Position numbers and translations under genes: made by a program | Shown here: piece after piece, positions 47,230 to 58,346 of the stretch | How positions within the stretch are numbered: position 1 is the first letter of the stretch | Layout: every line of letters begins with the position of its first letter | The notes under the pieces: model-generated | Databases searched by the model: none | What the model was told of the DNA's origin: nothing | The model's input: only the letters and a program-made list of their open reading frames with translations | Virus record (IMG/VR): IMGVR_UViG_3300020450_000018 | Coordinates: 1-64,000 of that record | Reading direction: 5' to 3' (one strand) | DNA: 64,000 nt | Source: a virus

Positions 47230-50200
47230 CTGGTGAAAATGGAATTATTTCAGATCCAGAAGCAATCGTGGTACTGCCTCTATAATGTGAGCATCCAGTA
47301 AATGAAGTTGCTGTTTTTCCAGTGTATTGTATGACACCAGAGTTAGATGGAATTGGAGTATCAAAATTATCATATGATGTAGTGTAATTATCAGGAAGAA
47401 CCCTTGCAGTAGGTGGTGTAAAACTAGATGTATATCTGGCGATGTTGCTTATGTGAACCTCATCTATATAACCATTAAAACAATCTAAACCAGTAGAGTA
47501 GTTACTACTACCAATAGAAAACAAAGCTTGTCCACCTGTTCCCCATGCATTGCCAGAAGCAATAGCACCAGCTTGTGTATAATCCTGAGTATTAGTTTTA
47601 GATGCTTTCTCTACACCATTAACAAAAACTTTAATAGTTCCACTTGAACGAGTGATTGCAAAATGAGTCCAATTTGTACTCAAGTTTCCGCAGTTGGTAT
47701 ATGAATCATCTCCACCATTCCAAAATATTATACTTGACAAATTAAAGCTCCATACACTATTCACATAAATTGAGAAACCAAACATAGGTAAGAAGTAATC
47801 TAAAGCACCAGATGAGACTTTCCACGATGCACCTGATTGTAAATTAGTTCCATAGTATAATAATCCAGCACTGGTATCACCACTAGAACTACTAATCTCT
47901 TTCTTAGCCCAGAAGTCAATTGTAAAATCTCCTGCTCCAAGATGAGTTCCGATAGGAGCAGTTATTTTACTACCATCTACACTACCAGCAGTCTCATCAA
48001 GGAATACAGATCTATCTCCAAACTTTTTATTAGCAGTGGTTTCTAGATTTTGAGCACCAGATAATCCATATGTGTCTTGTGTCCATGTGTATCCTTGAGT
48101 AGAAGAAACTCCAGCTGTATTGTGGAAAAGATATCCTGAGTCAGGGAAATGAGTTGTATCAGCAACAACTATAGGACCACCAATAGTACCACTAGATTGT
48201 GAAGTTGTCACAGGATTTTGTATTGATGGAGGCATCATTACGAATTTATTACCTGCTAGTGTGTAACTAGATTTACCTCTTTCTTCAAAATCTCTGATAG
48301 TAAGAGATCCAAAGTAAAGATCAAGTTCTCCAAGTGATAAACCAGATACACCAGCAGCACCATCATCAAAGATACCCTCAAAATGACTGATAGTGTGTCC
48401 TACATTTGTTTTAGTATATTGTCCAATATATTCAGCGGTTCTTCCAAATATTGAGTTAACAATGAGAACCTCAGTTGCATTTCTCTTAGCAACATGGTAA
48501 CCACCATTGATCTCAATAAGATCAACCTCACCATCATGTCCACCAGTTGTATTACCAGATCTAACGGGAATTGGATCTGTTAAGAATATTTCTTCTGCAT
48601 ATCCATCAACAACACCGCCTGGTGGTGGAGTTAAGACAACTTCAAGTGCTGATTTAGTAATTTCTAAATCATCAAATGATGTTACTTGTCTTTGTACCTT
48701 CCTTTCAAATCCAGAATCTACAAATCCAATGCTAATCATTGTAACATCACTTTCAGTTTGTATCTGAACGACACCAACAGGAGCAACAGATACAAGTTCT
48801 GGAATCTGTCTCAAGAAAGTACCAGCAGTCCAATTTTGTTCTGTAGTTCCTTTTTGACCTCTGAGGATATTGGTAAATCTATCAGAGAGTTTACGATTGT
48901 AGTATACAACCTCATCACCAACCAATAGTAGACCCATTAGATCAAATTTAGTGGTGTCTGGAATGTAAGCAATAGAATCACCAATATTAAAGTCAACATC
49001 AAGATATGCAGCAGTCTCAAAGAAGTTAATATTAGACAGAGCATCATTAGGAATAATTTTCTGTATGTTACTTGTAACTGCCCTACTTACAGTAGAAATA
49101 GAATTGAGAGAAACAATATCTTGAACTTCTGCAGAAACAACACTTACAGAACCTTGAAGTCTCAATACACCACCAACTCCCTCAATCTCAACAGGTTGTG
49201 GTTCAATGAATACAATTTGAGCAGGACCAGGTTGATCAATACCTGCTGGCATATCAAATCCAGATTCACCATCTACAATATTATCTTTGTCAATTTGAAT
49301 TTCAGCTGTTATCTTACGATCAGCATCTGCTGGACTTCGTAGATCTACAGAAGAATAAGAATTTACATCAACTAATCTATTACCAAGAATATCAATAGTT
49401 GATATAATTAAACCAGTTTGAGAAACATTTAAGTAAGGTCTAATAGCGACATTAATTAATGATATTCCAATATCCCTATCAGAAAGAATATCAAACCTTC
49501 TTGTTGTAATAACTTTTGGAGCTTTAGTGTAACCAGAACCACCATCAATAAGATCAACACTAATAACTTGACCCTTGCTTACAAGAACATTTGCTCTTGC
49601 ACCACCACCCTCACCATTCTCAGGTATAAATTTAAGAACTGGTGGTGTGAAATATTGATACGCAGTTGGTTGCGTAATAGGATCGTAACTACGTTGATTC
49701 CAAGTTAATTTGACAACACTACCATTTTGAATAGTAGCGACTACAGATAAACCCTCTCCTCTCGTAGTTCCAGTATAAGACTCAACTGAGACTGAACTGA
49801 ATATATCGTCAGTTAATTGCTCCCCGTCTCTACCATCTTTACTGGTAGCTTCTGATGGTAATCTTTTAATATTACGGAATCCCTCTTCTCCATCTACACG
49901 AATTCTATCTCCATTTGATAGTGATACAAATGGTTTTTTATAGGTTATTCCATAGTTACTTCCTGACCATATACCATTGTCATCTTTAAGAATTTTTCTT
50001 CCAGAGTCGTCTTGTACATATGATACAGTTACATTAGAAATATCAGCATCTGCAATTACAAATGTTCTCTCATAATATCCTTTTGGTACAAAGGTATAAT
50101 CTAAACCACTCTCAGGAGAACCATTTTGACCTTTGATGTCAAACACTACATTGTTTCCATTGGACACTGGATTTCTAATTTCACCAATAACATTGTATGT

Positions 50201-53200
50201 TCCATTTGCTCTTTGTTGCCAAACTTGGATTGAAGATCCAACAGCATCACCCATCCAATCATATTTTAATAGAGCACTCAATACAGTAGAATCAAAAGAG
50301 AATGTTCCTTGTGCAAAATATGTGTCAGGTGCATAATCATAAATGTTAAGAACTTGTCCAACATCTCTACCATAAAGATATCTAATATCAATAATCATCT
50401 CACTTTGAATAGGAGAGTGGAATGTGATATTAGGACCTGACACTGTATACGCCTTTCCTTTTACTTGTAATACACCATCTAAGAACACATAGAGACTATC
50501 TTCAGATTCTATGTTTTGTACAGTGTTATCCTCTACATCTAAAATTAAGAAAGGACCGTTTCTTACACCATCAACTAAGTTGTAGTCAATAGTAAGTCTC
50601 TTATAATTACCAACACCAATACCTGCAACTTTTTCTACTGCAGTTGGTTCACCAATAGTTTTAGCTCCAAGATCCTGATCCCAAATAGGAGCAACATCAA
50701 ATTTAATTTTATTAGGAATTACAGTTTTATCAATAACATAAGAGTCTCCTAAAGGAAATACTTCTGTAAACTTAGGTCTTTGTAATACAGCATTGATAGT
50801 GAGGAATAAGTTCTCATCTTTTTCTGTGTTCACAACTGTATTGTCATCCCAATATAATTCAAATTCTTTATTCTCACCATCAATGTAATCAGGAAGAGTT
50901 CTGGTAACTTCTTCTTCTTTTAAAACATCGCTCAAGTTTTCATATAAAGAATCCATTGCAGAAATTACATTGTTACATTCCTGTGCTGGTAGTAAAGGAT
51001 CTCCTAAAATATTATAATTTGAATATGTAAGAGTAGGAGTCCAATTACCTGCTTTATTTTCATTTTGTTTGGTTTTTTCTACAAGACCTCTACCCTCTGT
51101 AAGAATAGTAGTAACAATGCTATGATATGTGTTAAGTGTGCTCGCTACCTCTACACATGCAGGGGATTGTGAATCAACTAATACATCAGGATCCTGACCA
51201 GGCAATAGATTTCTCATTGCTTGGATCATTAGATCTTTTGCATATTCAAATGTAGCAATAGTTTCAGCTAACTGTCCAGTGATATAGTATAATTCTTCGC
51301 CATATGGGTAATCATTTTTCTGATAGTATAGTTGTGCTGCTTCAACAATCTTAAAGTTACCACCTAACTTAAGATGGTAAACGTATGCATCTATGATAAG
51401 ACCAATGTCTCTACCACACTTAGTTGCGAGAGATCCCCAGTTTAATGAAGGATATTGTGCTTGTGCCCAGTTTAAGGACTCAGTTACAATGAATGTTCTA
51501 TTAAGATCAATTAACTCACCTGCTTTATAGAACATACCATTGTTCAATGCACTCCAACCAAATTTTGCTTGATCAGTTCCTGAGAAGGATACAGGAACAC
51601 CAAATGTAGAACCAACAGGAACGTCAAATGTTGTTCCTGTGGTAACTCTTGCAACGTCTGTTGGGTTGTTAGTTTGTCCAGCACCAGCAGTCCCACTAAT
51701 CTCAGTGAGACCAGAAGCAACACCACCACTAGTACCAGAGTTTGCAAGTGCAGAACTACTTACTGTTACTTGAGTTTCACTGTCAATAGATACAATTTTA
51801 GTTCCAGATGAAAATGCCTTACCAGAACTTACAAACAAACCAATAGCAAGATTTTCAGTGCTTGTAACTTTAATTGTATTTTGTCCTAAAATATACTCAA
51901 CATCAACATCAATAAAGTCCCAATTCCTGATAGCTAGTTTTGCTAACCTTGTAGCATAAGCAAAAATTGCATTAGAATTTGTTTTATTATTTTGAATGTA
52001 CAAATACTCATCATTTGAATTGAAGATAGAAGAGTAGTCAATTGTTTTTATATTTCCACCAAATCTAATATCATGTTGGTAAGCATCTAAGATTGCACGA
52101 ATATTTCTTTCATAGTCATCTTGTTTAGTTGCCCAGTCTAATGTAGGATATGTTGCTTTTCCATACCCAATAGTTTCATTTACAATAAACTCTACGTTTC
52201 TTTCAATTTGATTTGCTGCATCAATCCAAGTTCCACCACGTTGGAAAATATTTCTAATTTTTCTTAGATGTTTAGTGTTATATTGATTATCTTTAAACTG
52301 GAATACCTTACCATAGAATGTAACACCTTTGTATGCAGTAGTCTCACCAGCATCACCAGTTAGTTTTGCTCCATTTCCAAGAGGGGGAGCAGAAAATACA
52401 ATTTGATCTCCAGAAATAGTATATGAGATGCCAGGTTCTTGAATGACACCATCTAGAGTTACGATAATACCTTTTTCTGAAGATGGGAAGAAAGGTGTCC
52501 CATTGCTTAAAATTTGGAATGATTTAGTTCCTTGTAATTTCCCATCTGTGTCATAGTAACCGTCAAACGATGCACCAAGTGTAAACTCAAATGCACTAAC
52601 CTCATTGAATAAGAATTCACTAGTTGCAGCAGTTCCAAACGCTTTACGAATTCTTTGACTTTCTACAGATTGAATTGTCTGTGTTGTTACCTGCTTTGTG
52701 CTCTCAACGGTAATTTTATTTTTATCAGGATCCCAGAGTTGTATAACACTAAAATGAGATGCTTTTGGCAGTTCAGCTGCCATCTCACTACTGGCAATTG
52801 ACTCTACATCAACTTGTCCAAACAACTTAAATCCTGCAGGATGAGTTGTAGACTTGATAAGATCACGCCATTCATCAATGGGTGTTTTTGATTTTATAAC
52901 ATATGAATAATCTTGATAGAAGAAACTATCAATAAGTTTTTGATTAGATACACCTAAACGACCTTTATCAGAAGTATAGAATCCTGCATTATCATAGAAA
53001 CTAGAAATATCTTCTGTAAATGTGCTGACAAAAATTGAATGTACAATACCAGACACAGTGGTATTATAAGATTCAATTGCAATGTCCTCACGAATAATTC
53101 CAACTACAGATTCTAATTTTAATAATCTTGAACCAAATCTCCACTCAGAAACTCTTGCTCTTAATACCTCTATACCATTTACTCTCTGTACTACTAACTC

Positions 53201-56200
53201 ACCTTTTCTAAAATCTCCATTATAATTTTTAAGAACAGCAACATAGTTTGATGTAAAGGAGGATGATACTGTTTTATCTAAATGGAATGCACCACCATTT
53301 CTAACAAATGACACACTTTGAGGAACACCAATAGAAGTGCTATTTGCAAAAGCTTCTACATCACCCTCAATGATTTGAATAACTGGTGCTTTTGTATATC
53401 CTCTTCCCACCTTAGATACAACTAACGAGAAAATTTCTCCATTTCTAACAACAATATCAAACTCTGCATCAACACCATCACCCTCTACAATTACAACTTT
53501 TGGATTTACGTAATTTGAACCTTTCTTATCTACCCTAACACCAGTAATAGTTTGAGAGGCAACATCAAACAATACTGTGGCAGATGCTCTAAAACTTTCT
53601 GATGCATCAACACCAATAATAGATGGAACCTTTTTATAATTTAATCCAAGGTTGATGATGTTGACCTTATCAATCTCTCCGATTGCGAACTGACCAGTAG
53701 TAGTATAAGAAATGGATCCAGAACCATCCCAAAGAGGCTCGCTAGTAACATCATAAACAAAACGATTTGGTGTAACATAATTGATTGTTTTAATTCCTTG
53801 TAGTGGATCTGTTATAATCTTAAAAAATGCTCCACCAGCATTTACCACATTCTTTCTATCAAAATAATAGAAGTTTGTAAAATCTGTGCCAATCTTTTTA
53901 CCATAAGAATTTGATGCATCTCTGTAACCAAATCCAAACTTAACATCTGTAAATGATCCTGTATTGCCAGGTAAAATTTCGGATTCTTGTTTTTCTGTAG
54001 TGATTAAATTAAAGTTACTACTTGGACTAATATCAAAATAAGTCCCAGTGAGACTAGAATGAGACGTATCAAACTTATACTTGTAAAACTCTTGTAAATT
54101 TATGTTTGGGTTAGGTGTGAATGTACTATTGTCTTCTGAAAACTCAAATTTGTAAATTAACTCTTCAGCAGATTTGACAGAAACTAATCTTGATGGATTA
54201 CTAGAATCAAAGAAACTAGAGCTCAATGTAATTTCATTTGCATTAAGTTTTATTGTTCCATAATCATATACAATAACAATCTTATGTGTTACAGGATCAT
54301 ATGATTGAATATATCCAGAACCAGACCCCGTAAAAATCTGGTAATTGTTTACAAAGTTATATTGTGCTTTATAAAGAGATACCTCTTGTCCATCAAAATG
54401 ATCTACATCATCAGTTCCTTCCTGTCCTCTGATTACGGAAATATCTTTTCCATTGATACCTACAATTTTTAATATTTCTTCACCAATTTGAATCAAATCA
54501 TCAACAGCAAATCCTAAAGCATCCTTAACTGTAACTTTTGTTACACCAGATGCAAAACCAACGTGTCCCACATAAATGGTAAATCTTGCAGTAGATTGTG
54601 ATGCACCAGATCTTACTAAATCCTCATCAGCAACAGATAAGAAGTCTCCTCTAGCATATCCTGTGCCAGCATCTTGTATTTGTATACCAGATACTATGCC
54701 AGCATCAGATACAGTAAATGTAGCAGTGGCACCAGTACCCGATCCGCCAGTAAGAGCAACACTAGTGTAAGTTCCAGCAGTATAATCTGCTCCTCCATTG
54801 AGTATGTCATAACGTCCTATTCCAGTGAAATCAATAGTAGTTTTATTATTAGGTGGAATCAGAATAGCTTCTTGATATAACCTCTTTCTTAAATAATAAG
54901 TCTTAGTTGTTGTATTGTCATTAGGATTGATATCAACTGTTACTTTATCACCAATACCTAATCCATGAGGTGTTGATGTCTCTATCAAAGCAACACTCTG
55001 ATTAACCTCAAATGGATTGAGTCCATCACTAAGAGAGGTTAGTGTTACTATTTTTGTTCCAGAAGTATTGAATAGATTACTTGACTGTAAGAAATAATTA
55101 TCATCAACGATCCATGTGCCTGTAAGAACCTTGATCTGAACTGTGTTTTGAGAGGATGTTCCTTCTAATACCTCAGCAGTGGCAATAGGAGCATTGACAC
55201 CATCAGTAAGACTTAATGTGGCACCTTTGGTGTAAGAACTTCTTTGGTCTAACAAAATTAAGAAAGTCTTAATTGCAGCAGAGAAAGTTCCAGTCTCATC
55301 AAAGGTTCCGTTAACATTTCTAAGAACAATAGTATTGTCATTTCTAACTGTACCAACAATTGTGCCAAATGCACCAGATGATGGTTGTGACAATGTATCA
55401 TCTGCAAACAAATATGCATTTTGAATTGTTGTTAGCTTTACAACTTTATTTTCTTTACACTCTAAGTAATTGACACTCTTTCCCTTTACAGAAGAGATAA
55501 TAGATTCAACCTCAGATCCCTCTGTTCCTCTATTATCAAAATATAATTGTGAATTGATAGAAAAATTATCAGAAGATCTAATTACATCAATACTATCAAC
55601 AGTTCCAGATTTTACCTCATTAATAGATGCAATAACACCTTCACCATTTCCTTGCATTCCATCAATAAAATATTTTTTAGAATTTTTAGGAATATCATCT
55701 TGATTGATATTGGAATTGTAATTACTATCAACAGGTAAGGAGTAGAAGTTCTCTCCTAAAATGTATGGATATTGCGGTACTTGATTGCTATCAATAGTAA
55801 TGAAATAAGCATAAGTTCCTTTCGGAAAGTCGGGGGTAATACAAAATCTTCCATTGTTTTGATCTAGTGTGCCACTCTTATGAGTGTATGTGTAATCATT
55901 GTTAAACGATCCAAGAGGATACTTGGAAAGTGAAGGTCCTTCTCTACGAGTTCCGTTCAAAGAATAACTAGATGTCATTCTAATAATAGATGACGTAGAA
56001 TCCAAAGGATCCTCATAACCAAAAGCACCATAAATTGGATTGCCATCATAGGCAAAACCAATAATGGGAGAATGAATTTTTGTAGCAGGTTCAGTGCCAG
56101 CATTGTTTATGTTGTCACCAAGAGAAATACGTAAAGCTTTTGGATTACCAACATGTCCATAACCATATTCTAATACATTATTAAAATTTTGAAAAATGTA

Positions 56201-58342
56201 ACCATACTCTGTATCAAGTTTATTTTCAAGTTTATTAAATCTGTTAAAATTCCATTCTTTTAATAATGGGATACCTGTTGCATCTTCTCCAACAGGAATG
56301 ATGTCTACAATAACAGTGTTCTGATTATAAAAATTACCCTCGTCAATTTTTTCAAAACCAGTGATATTACCATCAGTGTTTACGATTGCATTATAGTTTG
56401 CAAATCTTCCTCTACCAGCATTGTCTCTGATTCTTACGATTGGTGGAGATGAGTAAAATTCTCCATCATTATCAATAACGAGACTTGTTACTTTACCACC
56501 AGTTACAATTGCACGAACCACTGCACCTCTACCAGAAGTAATAGTAACATCTGGAGTTCTTGGAAAAACATCTTGAGTATCAACAATAATTCTCTCTACG
56601 ACTTGTCCAATTAGGACTGCTCTAGCTTTATTAGGAACTTGATCAATCAACACAAAAGGTGGTTTTGCATAACCTCTACCTTGTGTATTAATTTTTATCT
56701 CTTCTAGTTTACCAAAACGAACACTATCATGATCTCTGAAACCGTAGACAGGGACACCGTTTAGAAGGATGCCTACATCTCTATTTGGAGTCTTATATGT
56801 TTCTGTAGTTCTTGTTGCCTCTCTTCTAATAATACGAAGAATTTTTTGATCTAGTAATTCTTCATTTACTGTAGATCCATCAAGAATTTTATATGATGGA
56901 AATGATGAGGAAGTAATATAGTAATATTGTTCGTCTGCAAAAATAGATGATACATCTGTAGTTAATTCACTTACAGATGATTGAATACTTGGTAATGTTG
57001 GGATCACTGGTGCAGTCCCTTGATTCAATAACCATCTTGTTTGATTTGTGCCAGTCTGTACAATCTTAGGATCTGCAGTCTCAAAACCAGGTCTAGATAC
57101 AAGAATTTTATCACCAGAACTAGAATATGGTTGAGCAGATTTTGGTCTTAAATTATAGACCACACCAAATGTAAGTAATGTTACATTAGAATTAGAAATT
57201 GTTACTGGTTTATATACAGCTGTTCCTACTGGATATGAAATAGCTCCAGATGGTTGTCTATCGTCAATGATAAACTGAGTTACAGTTTTCTCCTTAAATG
57301 TGATTGTCTCGGTTCCAATTAAAATAGAACCTGTCTTACCCCAACCAAGAGTGGATGAGACATTGATTCTATTACCAGTGCTATCTGTTCCAGATACTGT
57401 TTTCTCAAGTTTAGTCTTAGTTGAGATTGCAAATTCACCATTAACAGTTTCTGGTGCGAGTACAATATTAAAAATCTGTTCGTTATCTGCTGTACCATCA
57501 GCATATACGTTATCTACGGTAGCATCGGCATATCCATACTCATCTGTTTCAGTCTGAACAATCTTCTTTCCAACCAGATTGTAAATGTCACCAGATATGA
57601 CCTTACACTTAAGAGCATATACATTGATCCAATCAGATTCAGATACCTTGTATGTAAAATCTCTTGGTTTATAAACTTCTGGTTTATTGTCTACTTCTTT
57701 AGCAACAATAGTGTTGAATACAAACTTAATGGAACTAGTGGTTCCCTTAGCTTTGTAAAACTTCTGAATATTTTTAATCAGAGTTCTTTTATCTACCTCA
57801 CCCTTGAGATATTTTTCTGGAAAAGAACCAAGGTATTGATTCTCAAAATTCTTTACTAACGCATAGAGAAAGAGATTACTTACATTAAGAACTCTCTGAC
57901 CAGCGTTATGTGGTCTCGCATCTGTGCTGGTGTAGCTTGACGAGTTATAAAGATCACCAAGAGTTGTGTTACCGCTAACACCTCTAACTGCTCCTGATAA
58001 AGTTGTTGTTGTTCTTGATTCATAGAAAATTATTTCGTCGTCTATTCTTACGTATCCGTTTCTTTTTGGAAAACTCGTTGCATCTTGTAATACAATTGTA
58101 TCATCAGTATCAGAGATACTAACGTCCAAAGTATCATGTTGTCTAAGTAAGTTTTTTTCATAATAATCAATGTCTGCATATTTTTGGATATTATTAATAA
58201 TATCTAACGTGCCACCTTGTACCTCCTGATGTTCATAATACTTTGTAATAAACTTACTAAACAGTTCATACTCTGTACTGATGAATTCGGGAAGCTGCGA
58301 TTCAATGAGAGTTGATATTCTCTTAGTCTTTACAGCAGGCAT
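47225..58342 (-). CDS. g7: Baseplate wedge initiator gp7 (3705 aa) with an inserted LamG/ConA-like domain
   Basis: LIESQLPEFI, FYKAKGT, HSPIIGFAYDGNPIYG, DSFFYQDYSYVIKS...HPAGFK; lies between g6 and g8. Confidence 0.87.
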   Translation of the reverse strand: MPAVKTKRISTLIESQLPEFISTEYELFSKFITKYYEHQEVQGGTLDIINNIQKYADIDYYEKNLLRQHDTLDVSISDTDDTIVLQDATSFPKRNGYVRIDDEIIFYESRTTTTLSGAVRGVSGNTTLGDLYNSSSYTSTDARPHNAGQRVLNVSNLFLYALVKNFENQYLGSFPEKYLKGEVDKRTLIKNIQKFYKAKGTTSSIKFVFNTIVAKEVDNKPEVYKPRDFTYKVSESDWINVYALKCKVISGDIYNLVGKKIVQTETDEYGYADATVDNVYADGTADNEQIFNIVLAPETVNGEFAISTKTKLEKTVSGTDSTGNRINVSSTLGWGKTGSILIGTETITFKEKTVTQFIIDDRQPSGAISYPVGTAVYKPVTISNSNVTLLTFGVVYNLRPKSAQPYSSSGDKILVSRPGFETADPKIVQTGTNQTRWLLNQGTAPVIPTLPSIQSSVSELTTDVSSIFADEQYYYITSSSFPSYKILDGSTVNEELLDQKILRIIRREATRTTETYKTPNRDVGILLNGVPVYGFRDHDSVRFGKLEEIKINTQGRGYAKPPFVLIDQVPNKARAVLIGQVVERIIVDTQDVFPRTPDVTITSGRGAVVRAIVTGGKVTSLVIDNDGEFYSSPPIVRIRDNAGRGRFANYNAIVNTDGNITGFEKIDEGNFYNQNTVIVDIIPVGEDATGIPLLKEWNFNRFNKLENKLDTEYGYIFQNFNNVLEYGYGHVGNPKALRISLGDNINNAGTEPATKIHSPIIGFAYDGNPIYGAFGYEDPLDSTSSIIRMTSSYSLNGTRREGPSLSKYPLGSFNNDYTYTHKSGTLDQNNGRFCITPDFPKGTYAYFITIDSNQVPQYPYILGENFYSLPVDSNYNSNINQDDIPKNSKKYFIDGMQGNGEGVIASINEVKSGTVDSIDVIRSSDNFSINSQLYFDNRGTEGSEVESIISSVKGKSVNYLECKENKVVKLTTIQNAYLFADDTLSQPSSGAFGTIVGTVRNDNTIVLRNVNGTFDETGTFSAAIKTFLILLDQRSSYTKGATLSLTDGVNAPIATAEVLEGTSSQNTVQIKVLTGTWIVDDNYFLQSSNLFNTSGTKIVTLTSLSDGLNPFEVNQSVALIETSTPHGLGIGDKVTVDINPNDNTTTKTYYLRKRLYQEAILIPPNNKTTIDFTGIGRYDILNGGADYTAGTYTSVALTGGSGTGATATFTVSDAGIVSGIQIQDAGTGYARGDFLSVADEDLVRSGASQSTARFTIYVGHVGFASGVTKVTVKDALGFAVDDLIQIGEEILKIVGINGKDISVIRGQEGTDDVDHFDGQEVSLYKAQYNFVNNYQIFTGSGSGYIQSYDPVTHKIVIVYDYGTIKLNANEITLSSSFFDSSNPSRLVSVKSAEELIYKFEFSEDNSTFTPNPNINLQEFYKYKFDTSHSSLTGTYFDISPSSNFNLITTEKQESEILPGNTGSFTDVKFGFGYRDASNSYGKKIGTDFTNFYYFDRKNVVNAGGAFFKIITDPLQGIKTINYVTPNRFVYDVTSEPLWDGSGSISYTTTGQFAIGEIDKVNIINLGLNYKKVPSIIGVDASESFRASATVLFDVASQTITGVRVDKKGSNYVNPKVVIVEGDGVDAEFDIVVRNGEIFSLVVSKVGRGYTKAPVIQIIEGDVEAFANSTSIGVPQSVSFVRNGGAFHLDKTVSSSFTSNYVAVLKNYNGDFRKGELVVQRVNGIEVLRARVSEWRFGSRLLKLESVVGIIREDIAIESYNTTVSGIVHSIFVSTFTEDISSFYDNAGFYTSDKGRLGVSNQKLIDSFFYQDYSYVIKSKTPIDEWRDLIKSTTHPAGFKLFGQVDVESIASSEMAAELPKASHFSVIQLWDPDKNKITVESTKQVTTQTIQSVESQRIRKAFGTAATSEFLFNEVSAFEFTLGASFDGYYDTDGKLQGTKSFQILSNGTPFFPSSEKGIIVTLDGVIQEPGISYTISGDQIVFSAPPLGNGAKLTGDAGETTAYKGVTFYGKVFQFKDNQYNTKHLRKIRNIFQRGGTWIDAANQIERNVEFIVNETIGYGKATYPTLDWATKQDDYERNIRAILDAYQHDIRFGGNIKTIDYSSIFNSNDEYLYIQNNKTNSNAIFAYATRLAKLAIRNWDFIDVDVEYILGQNTIKVTSTENLAIGLFVSSGKAFSSGTKIVSIDSETQVTVSSSALANSGTSGGVASGLTEISGTAGAGQTNNPTDVARVTTGTTFDVPVGSTFGVPVSFSGTDQAKFGWSALNNGMFYKAGELIDLNRTFIVTESLNWAQAQYPSLNWGSLATKCGRDIGLIIDAYVYHLKLGGNFKIVEAAQLYYQKNDYPYGEELYYITGQLAETIATFEYAKDLMIQAMRNLLPGQDPDVLVDSQSPACVEVASTLNTYHSIVTTILTEGRGLVEKTKQNENKAGNWTPTLTYSNYNILGDPLLPAQECNNVISAMDSLYENLSDVLKEEEVTRTLPDYIDGENKEFELYWDDNTVVNTEKDENLFLTINAVLQRPKFTEVFPLGDSYVIDKTVIPNKIKFDVAPIWDQDLGAKTIGEPTAVEKVAGIGVGNYKRLTIDYNLVDGVRNGPFLILDVEDNTVQNIESEDSLYVFLDGVLQVKGKAYTVSGPNITFHSPIQSEMIIDIRYLYGRDVGQVLNIYDYAPDTYFAQGTFSFDSTVLSALLKYDWMGDAVGSSIQVWQQRANGTYNVIGEIRNPVSNGNNVVFDIKGQNGSPESGLDYTFVPKGYYERTFVIADADISNVTVSYVQDDSGRKILKDDNGIWSGSNYGITYKKPFVSLSNGDRIRVDGEEGFRNIKRLPSEATSKDGRDGEQLTDDIFSSVSVESYTGTTRGEGLSVVATIQNGSVVKLTWNQRSYDPITQPTAYQYFTPPVLKFIPENGEGGGARANVLVSKGQVISVDLIDGGSGYTKAPKVITTRRFDILSDRDIGISLINVAIRPYLNVSQTGLIISTIDILGNRLVDVNSYSSVDLRSPADADRKITAEIQIDKDNIVDGESGFDMPAGIDQPGPAQIVFIEPQPVEIEGVGGVLRLQGSVSVVSAEVQDIVSLNSISTVSRAVTSNIQKIIPNDALSNINFFETAAYLDVDFNIGDSIAYIPDTTKFDLMGLLLVGDEVVYYNRKLSDRFTNILRGQKGTTEQNWTAGTFLRQIPELVSVAPVGVVQIQTESDVTMISIGFVDSGFERKVQRQVTSFDDLEITKSALEVVLTPPPGGVVDGYAEEIFLTDPIPVRSGNTTGGHDGEVDLIEINGGYHVAKRNATEVLIVNSIFGRTAEYIGQYTKTNVGHTISHFEGIFDDGAAGVSGLSLGELDLYFGSLTIRDFEERGKSSYTLAGNKFVMMPPSIQNPVTTSQSSGTIGGPIVVADTTHFPDSGYLFHNTAGVSSTQGYTWTQDTYGLSGAQNLETTANKKFGDRSVFLDETAGSVDGSKITAPIGTHLGAGDFTIDFWAKKEISSSSGDTSAGLLYYGTNLQSGASWKVSSGALDYFLPMFGFSIYVNSVWSFNLSSIIFWNGGDDSYTNCGNLSTNWTHFAITRSSGTIKVFVNGVEKASKTNTQDYTQAGAIASGNAWGTGGQALFSIGSSNYSTGLDCFNGYIDEVHISNIARYTSSFTPPTARVLPDNYTTSYDNFDTPIPSNSGVIQYTGKTATSFTGCSHYRGSTTIASGSEIIPFSPV

Positions 58343-58346
58343 TTAC

